Shown here in pieces: positions 53,790 through 64,000 of a stretch of DNA of 64,000 nt. Origin of the DNA: Macrostomum lignano (Eukaryota); contig NIVC01001673.1 in assembly GCA_002269645.1 (NCBI GenBank), positions 124,001-188,000 on the forward strand, in the 5' to 3' direction. The notes beneath the pieces are model-generated. The model made no database searches, had not been told where the DNA came from, and worked only from the letters and a program-made list of their open reading frames with translations. Position 1 is the first letter of the stretch; the number at the start of each line of letters is the position of its first letter. The position numbers and the translations under genes were made by a program.

Positions 53790-56700
53790 ATGTCCAAACT
53801 GAAGCCCACAAAGACCCGCAAGCTGCGCGGCCACGTGTCGCACGGCCACGGCCGGATCGGCAAGCACCGCAAGCACCCCAGCGGCCGCGGTAACGCCGGC
53901 GGCGCCCACCACCACCGCACCAACTTTGACAAGTACCACCCCGGCTACTTCGGCAAGGTTGGCATGCGCCACTTCCATCTCAGGCGGAATCCCTACTACT
54001 GCCCGGCTGTCAACACCGACAAGCTCTGGTCTCTGGTCTCTCAGCAGACCTACGACAAGTATAAGGATGGAAACAAGGAGGGCAAAGTGCCCGTTATTGA
54101 CTGCGTTCAGGCCGTAAGTCCGGGATCTTGATCGATTTAATATATTAGGACCCAACTCTAGTAGTTCATGGAATCTGCCTTCAAACTGTCCCACACAATG
54201 GAATCTTCAAACTGTCCCACACCATGGAATCTGCCTTCAAACTGTCCCACACCATGGAATCTGCCTTCAAACTGCCCCACACCATGGAATCTGCCTTCAA
54301 ACTGTCCCACACCATGGAATCTGCCTTCGAACTGCCCCACACCATGGAATCTGCCTTCAAACTGCCCCACACCATGGAATCTGCCTTCAAACTGTCCCAC
54401 ACCATGGAATCTGCCTTCAAACTGCCCCACACCATGGAATCTGCCTTCAAACTGTCCCACACCATGGAATCTGCCTTCGAACTGCCCCACACCATGGAAT
54501 CTGCCTTCAAACTGCCCCACACCATGGGATCTGCCTTCAAACTGTCCCACACCATGGAATCTGCCTTCAAACTGTCCCACACCATGGAATCTGCCTTCAA
54601 ACTGCCCCACACCATGGAATCTGCCTTCAAACTGCCCCACACCATGGAATCTGCCTTCAAACTGTCCCACACCATGGAATCTGCCTTCGAACTGCCCCAC
54701 ACCATGGAATCTGCCTTCAAACTGCCCCACACCATGGGATCTGCCTTCAAACTGTCCCACACCATGGAATCTGCCTTCAAACTGTCCCACACCATGGGAT
54801 CTGCCTTCAAACTGTCCCACACCATGGGATCTGCCTTCAAACTGTCCCACACCATGGGATCTGCCTTCAAACTGTCCCACACCATGGGATCTGCCTTCAA
54901 ACTGTCCCACACCATGGGATCTGCCTTCGAACTGTCCCACACCATGGAATCTGCCTTCAAACTGCCCCACACCATGGAATCTGCCTTCAAACTGTCCCAC
55001 ACCATGGAATCTGCCTTCAAACTGTCCCACACCATGGAATCTGCCTTCAAACTGTCCCACACCATGGAATCTGCCTTCAAACTGTCCCACACCATGGAAT
55101 CTGCCTTCAAACTGCCCCACACCATGGAATCTGCCTTCAAACTGTCCCACACCATGGAATCTGCCTTCAAACTGCCCCACACCATGGAATCTGCCTTCAA
55201 ACTGTCCCACACCATGGAATCTGCCTTCAAACTGTCCCACACCATGGAATCTGCCTTCAAACTGTCCCACACCATGGGATCTGCCTTCAAACTGCCCCAC
55301 ACCATGGAATCTGCCTTCAAACTGTCCCACACCATGGAATCTGCCTTCAAACTGTCCCACACCATGGAATCTGCCTTCAAACTGCCCCACACCATGGAAT
55401 CTGCCTTCAAACTGTCCCACACCATGGAATCTGCCTTCAAACTGCCCCACACCATGGAATCTGCCTTCAAACTGTCCCACACCATGGAATCTGCCTTCAA
55501 ACTGTCCCACACCATGGAATCTGCCTTCAAACTGTCCCACACCATGGAATCTGCCTTCAAACTGTCCCACACCATGGGATCGGCCCTCAAAACTGTTTCA
55601 CACCATGGAATCTGCCTTCAAACTGTCCCACACCATGGGATCGGCCCTCAAAACTGTCCCACACCATGGAATCTGCCTTCAAACTGTCCCACACCATGGG
55701 ATCGGCCCTCAAAACTGTTTCACACCATGGGATCTGCCTTCAAACTGTCCCACACCATGGGATCTGCCTTCAAACTGTCCCACACCATGGAATCTGCCTT
55801 CAAACTGTCCCACACCATGGGATCGGCCCTCAAAACTGTCCCACACCATGGAATCTGCCTTCAAACTGTCCCACACCATGGGATCTGCCTTCAAACTGTC
55901 CCACACCATGGAATCTGCCTTCGAACTGTCCCACACCATGGAATCTGCCTTCAAACTGTCCCACACCATGGAATCTGCCTTCAAACTGCCCCACACCATG
56001 GAATCTGCCTTCAAACTGTCCCACACCATGGAATCTGCCTTCAAACTGTCCCACACCATGGATCGGCCCTCAAAACTGTTTCACACCATGGAATCTGCCT
56101 TCAAACTGTCCCACACCATGGGATCGGCCCTCAAAACTGTCCCACACCATGGAATCTGCCTTCAAACTGTCCCACACCATGGGATCGGCCCTCAAAACTG
56201 TTTCACACCATGGGATCTGCCTTCAAACTGTCCCACACCATGGGATCTGCCTTCAAACTGTCCCACACCATGGAATCTGCCTTCAAACTGTCCCACACCA
56301 TGGGATCGGCCCTCAAAACTGTCCCACACCATGGAATCTGCCTTCAAACTGTCCCACACCATGGGATCTGCCTTCAAACTGTCCCACACCATGGAATCTG
56401 CCTTCGAACTGTCCCACACCATGGAATCTGCCTTCAAACTGTCCCACACCATGGAATCTGCCTTCAAACTGCCCCACACCATGGAATCTGCCTTCAAACT
56501 GTCCCACACCATGGAATCTGCCTTCAAACTGTCCCACACCATGGAATCTGCCTTCAAACTGTCCCACACCATGGAATCTGCCTTCAAACTGTCCCACACC
56601 ATGGGATCGGCCCTCAAAACTGTTTCACACCATGGAATCTGCCTTCAAACTGTCCCACACCATGGGATCGGCCCTCAAAACTGTCCCACACCATGGAATC

Positions 56701-59700
56701 TGCCTTCAAACTGTCCCACACCATGGGATCGGCCCTCAAAACTGTTTCACACCATGGGATCTGCCTTCAAACTGTCCCACACCATGGGATCTGCCTTCAA
56801 ACTGTCCCACACCATGGAATCTGCCTTCAAACTGTCCCACACCATGGATCGGCCCTCAAAACTGTCCCACACCATGGAATCTGCCTTCAAACTGTCCCAC
56901 ACCATGGGATCTGCCTTCAAACTGTCCCACACCATGGGATCGGCCCTCAAAACTGTCCCACACCATGGGATCGGCCCTCAAAACTGTCCCACACCATGGG
57001 ATCGGCCCTCAAAACTGTCCCACACCATGGGATCTGCCTTCAAACTGTCCCACACCATGGGATCTGCCTTCAAACTGTCCCACACCATGGGATCTGCCTT
57101 CAAACTGTCCCACACCATGGAATCTGCCTTCAAACTGCCCCACACCATGGGATCGGCCCTCAAAACTGTCCCACACCATGGGATCGGCCCTCAAAACTGT
57201 CCCACACCATGGGATCGGCCCTCAAAACTGTCCCACACCATGGGATCGGCCCTCAAAACTGTCCCACACCATGGGATCTGCCTTCAAACTGTCCCACACC
57301 ATGGGATCTGCCTTCAAACTGTCCCACACCATGGGATCTGCCTTCAAACTGTCCCACACCATGGAATCTGCCTTCAAACTGCCCCACACCATGGGATCGG
57401 CCCTCAAAACTGTCCCACACCATGGATCGGCCCTCAAAACTGTCCCACACCATGGGATCGGCCCTCAAAACTGTCCCACACCATGGGATCTGCCTTCAAA
57501 CTGTCCCACACCATGGGATCTGCCTTCAAACTGTCCCACACCATGGGATCTGCCTTCAAACTGTCCCACACCATGGAATCTGCCTTCAAACTGCCCCACA
57601 CCATGGAATCTGCCTTCGAACTGTCCCACACCATGGAATCTGCCTTCAAACTGTCCCACACCATGGAATCTGCCTTCAAACTGCCCACACCATGGAATCT
57701 GCCTTCAAACTGTCCCACACCATGGAATCTGCCTTCAAACTGTCCCACACCATGGAATCTGCCTTCAAACTGTCCCACACCATGGAATCTGCCTTCAAAC
57801 TGTCCCACACCATGGATCGGCCCTCAAAACTGTTTCACACCATGGAATCTGCCTTCAAACTGTCCCACACCATGGGATCGGCCCTCAAAACTGTCCCACA
57901 CCATGGAATCTGCCTTCAAACTGTCCCACACCATGGGATCGGCCCTCAAAACTGTTTCACACCATGGGATCTGCCTTCAAACTGTCCCACACCATGGGAT
58001 CTGCCTTCAAACTGTCCCACACCATGGAATCTGCCTTCAAACTGTCCCACACCATGGGATCGGCCCTCAAAACTGTCCCACACCATGGAATCTGCCTTCA
58101 AACTGTCCCACACCATGGGATCTGCCTTCAAACTGTCCCACACCATGGGATCGGCCCTCAAAACTGTCCCACACCATGGGATCGGCCCTCAAAACTGTCC
58201 CACACCATGGGATCGGCCCTCAAAACTGTCCCACACCATGGGATCTGCCTTCAAACTGTCCCACACCATGGGATCTGCCTTCAAACTGTCCCACACCATG
58301 GGATCTGCCTTCAAACTGTCCCACACCATGGAATCTGCCTTCAAACTGCCCCACACCATGGGATCGGCCCTCAAAACTGTCCCACACCATGGGATCGGCC
58401 CTCAAAACTGTCCCACACCATGGGATCGGCCCTCAAAACTGTCCCACACCATGGGATCGGCCCTCAAAACTGTCCCACACCATGGGATCTGCCTTCAAAC
58501 TGTCCCACACCTTGGGATCTGCCTTCAAACTGTCCCACACCATGGGATCTGCCTTCAAACTGTCCCACACCATGGAATCTGCCTTCAAACTGCCCCACAC
58601 CATGGGATCGGCCCTCAAAACTGTCCCACACCATGGGATCGGCCCTCAAAACTGTCCCACACCATGGGATCGGCCCTCAAAACTGTCCCACACCATGGGA
58701 TCTGCCTTCAAACTGTCCCACACCATGGGATCTGCCTTCAAACTGTCCCACACCATGGGATCTGCCTTCAAACTGTCCCACACCATGGAATCTGCCTTCA
58801 AACTGCCCCACACCATCTGATCGGCCCTCAAAACTGTCCCACACCATGGGATCGGCCCTCAAAACTGTCCCACACCATGGGATCGGCCCTCAAAACTGTC
58901 CCACACCATGGGATCTGCCTTCAAACTGTCCCACACCATGGAATCTGCCTTCAAACTGCCCCACACCATGGGATCGGCCCTCAAAACTGTCCCACACCAT
59001 GGGATCGGCCCTCAAAACTGTCCCACACCATGGGATCGGCCCTCAAAACTGTCCCACACCATGGGATCGGCCCTCAAAACTGTCCCACACCATGGGATCG
59101 GCCCTCAAAACTGTCCCACACCATGGGATCGGCCCTCAAAACTGTCCCACACCATGGGATCGGCCCTCAAAACTGTTTCACACCATGGAATCTGCCTTCA
59201 AACTGTCCCACACCATGGGATCGGCCCTCAAAACTGTCCCACACCATGGAATCTGCCTTCAAACTGTCCCACACCATGGGATCGGCCCTCAAAACTGCCC
59301 CACACCATGGAATCTGCCTTCAAACTGTCCCACACCATGGGATCGGCCCTCAAAACTGTCCCACACCATGGAATCTGCCTTCAAACTGTCCCACACCATG
59401 GGATCGGCCCTCAAAACTGTCCCACACCATGGAATCTGCCTTCAAACTGTCCCACACCATGGATCGGCCCTCAAAACTGCCCACACCATGGAATCTGCCT
59501 TCAAACTGTCCCACACCATGGGATCGGCCCTCAAAACTGTCCCACACCATGGAATCTGCCTTCAAACTGTCCCACACCATGGAATCTGCCTTCAAACTGT
59601 CCCACACCATGGGATCGGCCCTCAAAACTGCCCCACACCATGGAATCTGCCTTCAAACTGTCCCACACCATGGGATCGGCCCTCAAAACTGTCCCACACC

Positions 59701-59945
59701 ATGGAATCTGCCTTCAAACTGTCCCACACCATGGGATCGGCCCTCAAAACTGTCCCACACCATGGAATGACACGCAACAATCGCTGTATCCTATTGTATT
59801 TTGTGCTCACCCGCAGGGCTTCTTCAAGGTGCTGGGCAAGGGCAACATGCCGAAGGTGCCGGTCATCGTGAAGGCGAAATTCTTCAGCAAGAAGGCCGAG
59901 GAGAAGATCAAGAAGGTCGGCGGCTCCTGCGTGCTGGTCGCTTAA
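53790..59945 (+). CDS. RPL27A: 60S ribosomal protein L27a (uL15); exons 53790-54113 and 59817-59945, 150 aa
   Basis: [31 protein letters not shown] and GFFKVLGKG...[14 protein letters not shown]. Phase-0 intron gtaagt...ccgcag. Confidence 0.97.
54167..59767. repeat. 5.6-kb minisatellite of 30-bp (ATGGAATCTGCCTTCAAACTGTCCCACACC) and 31-bp (ATGGGATCGGCCCTCAAAACTGTCCCACACC) units filling the RPL27A intron
   Basis: Roughly 185 units. Only the 30-bp type occurs up to ~55575; the two types are mixed afterwards. Confidence 0.97.
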
Positions 59946-60129
59946 GAATTGAATTTGCATTGCAGAAACCCGGAACTGTTTGTGTGCCGCTCTGTGACAG
60001 AAATTGTCAGGCTGAGCCAAATACACTGACTCTGCTTTGTTTAACTGGCTGAGTCTAATTGGATACAAAAAATCTAACGCGAAACCTTCTCTGCTTTTAC
60101 TTTGTTATTATTTTGTTATAGGGTGATCA

Positions 60130-60457
60130 TTAAGTCACTGAGTCAGTTTATGGGGCGATCAATAAGTCACTGAGTCAGTTTATGCGGCGATCAATAAGTC
60201 ACTGAGTCAGTTTATGGGGCGATCAATAAGTCACTCAGTCAGTTTATGGGGCGATCATTGAGTCACTGAGTCAGTTTATGAGGCGATCATTGAGTCACTG
60301 AGTCAGTTTATGGGGCGATCATTGAGTCACTGAGTCAGTTTATGGGGCGATCATTGAGTCACTGAGTCAGTTTATGGGGCGATCATTGAGTCACTGAGTC
60401 AGTTTATGGGGCGATCATTGAGTCACTGAGTCAGTTTATGGGGCGATCATTGAGTCA
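60130..60457. repeat. 32-bp tandem repeat containing TGAGTCA motifs
   Basis: 10 units of (TGA/TAA)GTCACTGAGTCAGTTTATGGGGCGATCA(T/A). Confidence 0.93.
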
Positions 60458-61674
60458 ACAATCGGAACGTTTCTACGAAACAAAAATATGAATATTGGTG
60501 TTTTAGTTTACGTGATATTTCTTCCATGGAACCTCCTTGCCTTGCTTTTGCCACACGGAGCACTCGCTCAGTCGCGGCATCTCCCGCGCAATGCGAGCCG
60601 CCATTGAAGCCCAAGTCACCATAATAAGCGATCAGCAATGCTTCAGTGGAGCCCGAGTGTGTGAGCGGGGACCAACAGTTCTTATATTTTAGGCAGTCGA
60701 GTTGCCATGCGGTTTTGGTCGTCAAGCTGCATTTGCTCAAACGCATATGTCAGCGATTTCCTTTTCAGTTTGGCCTGCTTGCTTCCTGACTTAAAAATTC
60801 GAGCTAATAGTCTTTGTGGCGAACTCCAGGGGTCAGCCAGCAACAAAGATCGGTGCCCTACTGTATTTGCTGCATCCTCTTTGAAGTGAGGCAGCGGGCC
60901 GGAAGCTCTGAAAGGTAGAAATGAAATGCTTGCTTTTAATCTTGCCGGGCCACTCTCGCTGAGCGGGCGAAGCCGGTCCGTCCAGATTGGCCGCTCGATG
61001 GCCCAATTTTAATCGCCGCCGGGTGGCTCCTGTTGGCCCCCCGCTGCGAGCTCAGCGCGGGGCCGGCCGCCTCACGCTACACACTTTAATTGGGCCGGCC
61101 CTGCCTGCAGTGCGCTGGAGATCGCAGCGGTGGCGGGGGTCGCGGAGGTCCCGACCCGCCCTGGTTCCTAGCCAGCTCTCGCGTCTGCTGAGCAGCTCTC
61201 AGGCCCGCGTCATTCAGACTAATCAGTTTGCAAACAGACCGGCGTCCACCCGCCGTCTGTCCGCCCTGCCGTCCGGACGGATAGCGGGGATTCGGACTCG
61301 CCTGTTTGAAAGGCGGGGGAGAAAGTTCCGAGAGGCGAGGCGCAGCGGGCGGTCCGCCCAGCTCTCGAGGGTTCCCCGGCGGCTGTCATATCCTCCAGGC
61401 AGTTTAATTAGCCTCGGCGCGCTGTTTTGACACTTGAGAGATGCGAGTCCCCGGGTCAGCGAGTCTTGAACTGGAGGATTAGCCGCACTGTTCACTTGCG
61501 AATGACTGCAATTAGCACTGCTTTGAGCCTGAGGGCTGGTCAATGAGTTCCCTCTAGCGGTTTACTCACCGACTAACAGCTGTACCGTAGTAATAGTAAA
61601 CGTAGTACAATCTTTTTTCTCAGGTACCTTCTCCACTCGCATATCAGGTACCTTGGTTGTACCCGAAGTTTCTG

Positions 61675-62073
61675 TTGCAAATTAGAGAATATCATTGTTG
61701 CAAATTAGAGAATGTCATTGTTGCAAATTAGAGAATGTCATTGTTGCAAATTAGAGAATGTCATTGTTGCAAATTAGAGAATGTCATTGTTGCAAATTAG
61801 AGAATGTCATTGTTGCAAATTAGAGAATGTCATTGTTGCAAATTAGAGAATGTCATTGTTGCAAATTAGAGAATGTCATTGTTGCAAATTAGAGAATGTC
61901 ATTGTTGCAAATTAGAGAATGTCATTGTTGCAAATTAGAGAATGTCATTGTTGCAAATTAGAGAATGTCATTGTTGCAAATTAGAGAATGTCATTGTTGC
62001 AAATTAGAGAATATCATTGTTGCAAATTAGAGAATGTCATTGTTGCAAATTAGAGAATGTCATTGTTGCAAAT
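61675..62073. repeat. 23-bp tandem repeat ATTAGAGAATGTCATTGTTGCAA
   Basis: About 17 near-identical units. Confidence 0.95.
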
Positions 62074-62542
62074 GAAGACTAACTTTTCAGTGGAAAATGA
62101 CCAACTTGAAACTATTGCAACCGTATATCGCGCAAAAGACACCAATGTTTCATTTTTAAAGAAATTTGAAAGTCTTATTTTGAAAAAGGCTTCAGTGGAG
62201 CAGGTGTAGGTGCAATGCTTTGTCTTATTTATATTTAAACTGTTATTGACAGCAAAGCTGCGCTAACTCGGAGCCAGCAGTTCGTTGCCATTAGTGCCAA
62301 TGCGCTACTGCAGTGAGTGACTTAGAAGTAAGTAGAAAGTTTCTACAAAACTGTAGATGCATAAAGTGTCAAAACTGACATGCAGACAAGAAAGTGCCGG
62401 GAGAGTCAAGTTAAACATTAGCCTGTATTATTAGTGCATGGAACTTCACAACACAGCAGAATATGCGCTGCACAAGTAGCAGTTTATTCGATTGGTTCAT
62501 TCAGTCAAAAGCCTTCGAGGCTACACGAGCCGCAGTTGCCTG

Positions 62543-63479
62543 TCAGTCGCTGAAGCAGCTTCCGGTTGCTTTGCCGCCCGCTGCACTGGCCGAAGACGGC
62601 GCGGCTATCGCAGCGGCGGCAGCCACGGCCGCGGCAGCTGCAGCCGCCTGTCGCAGGTGATGGCGCTGCAGCGAGCAGTCCGGGCACCAGCAGTGCAGCG
62701 GGTGCTGCTGGTACAGCAGGTGCGGTGGGAACAGGCCTCCGGCAAATGGATGCTGCTGCTGCTGCGAGTGCGTCGGCATCGCTGGCGGCTGCGGCAGCAG
62801 CATCGCCGGGGTGGGAGTCGAAGGCATTGGTGTCGCTGACGTTGTTGGCGCTGGTGGCGGCGGCAGTGGCGCCGCTGTCACTGCGGGTGCCCCGGCTGCT
62901 GCCGCTGGAGTCGTCAAGTCGGACGGCGAAGTTGGCGTCGACCGCGGTGACTCCCCAGTCCCGCCGCCGCTGCCGCCCCGGTGCTTGTAGACCTCTGACA
63001 GCAGCTTCTTCATCTCATCAAGCGAGCTCTGCAGCATCAGGATGTAGTTCTTGGCCAGCAGGAGGGTGGCGATCTTCGACAGCTTCTTCACTGACGGCCC
63101 CGTGGCGTACGGGATCACCTCCCGGAGGCCGTCCAGCGCCGAGTTCAGGTCGTGCATCCGCTTGCGCTCGCGGCTGTTGATTTTCAGCCTGACGGGGGTC
63201 CGGCGGCATGATATGATTGATATACATGTAAATACAGCATCTCGAATGATGCAGCATCAGACTCGAAGCTTCTCAGACTCACCTCAGCTCCCTGCCTTCG
63301 GTCTTCTTGCCACCTCCGCTCGCGCCGCCCGGCATCTCCTCGTCCCGGCGCTCCGCTGCCTCCTCCTCCTCTTTTTCGTCTTCGCCGGAGTGCGCAGGTT
63401 CGAGTCCGAGGCGCCGCAGCTGCTGCTTCTGCTGCTCGAATGCCTGCTGCAGGCTCGCTACCGCTGCGCGCCCAGCCAT
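62543..63479 (-). CDS. OLIG: Olig/BETA3-family bHLH transcription factor; exons 63479-63283 and 63188-62543
   Basis: Spliced [55 protein letters not shown] is the Olig-type bHLH. Phase-2 intron gtgagt...cgtcag. The start codon choice is less certain. Confidence 0.92.
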
Positions 63480-64000
63480 TTGTGTTGCGGATTGTCGGGA
63501 CTTCTGAAGCACAAGCTAGTTCTAAGCAGTGTCTCAGCCCTGCCGATCTCAACCAGTTGTTCCGGTTGGGGCCGTATAAATTGGCTCTCGGTTTGAGTCC
63601 GGGAGAGTCGGGCCCTCTCAGCCAATAGGAGAGCCCCGACTTGATTGCGGCTGCGGATCGAATCCCGGGCGTCCCCGAGACCAGCGGCCAAGCCGCAAGG
63701 GGATCTGCGGTAGAGCTCAGAGTCCGCTCCCTTTTAGCCATTTGAAAAAAACAATAACTAAACTGAAATATTTTTGCACTGGTGGAAATGTTTTTGATGC
63801 AAAAAATTATTTAATAAACAGCTTAAGCCAGATTACTCTGAATCAACTGCAGTCCCAATCTGCATGCACAATGGGAATTTGAACACGAGTTGGCTCTCCA
63901 GATTCTCTTTCTCAAGACTTCCACGAGGTTCAGGTGGGTGCCCAATCTCCCATCTGGGTCGGCGGTCCATGCGGGGCGGCAGGCGGTGCCTTGTCCAGGG

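Noticed and set aside
54114-54166. Intronic snoRNA, as hosted by vertebrate RPL27A
   Set aside because: The non-repeat parts of the intron are only ~50 nt at each end, with no C/D or H/ACA structure visible.
54158-59871. Giant ORFs of 1401-1848 aa
   Set aside because: They lie wholly in the RPL27A intron and arise because the repeat unit has no stop codons; the frames swap at 31-bp units.

Overview
This is repeat-dense, intron-containing animal genomic DNA. The GC-rich exons, minisatellite-filled introns and gene families resemble a free-living flatworm such as Macrostomum, but that is an unverified inference. I could reconstruct these host genes by hand from splice sites: an ankyrin-repeat ORF directly followed by a Mab-21/cGAS-like nucleotidyltransferase (4993-8334, +), two tandem S10 serine carboxypeptidases with GPI-signal-like tails (23.5-27.5 kb, -), an 8-exon SLC38A9 (33705-39099, -), eIF2A (50602-53233, +, with a probable micro-exon 1 at 40286), RPL27A (53790-59945, +, with a 5.7-kb minisatellite intron) and an Olig-type bHLH gene (62543-63479, -). 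Mobile DNA includes a tRNA-derived SINE with a 13-bp TSD, a 1.2-kb foldback MITE with a TA TSD, a Mutator-like MITE, two RTE-like LINE remnants, and a Mag-type Gypsy element interrupted by a nearly intact APE-RT-RNase H LINE. There are more than 20 tandem arrays, and most long ORFs in the supplied track are artefacts of them. The best candidate for an undescribed system is the ankyrin / Cys-rich linker / cGAS-like locus. All coordinates and counts were read by eye and need computational confirmation.
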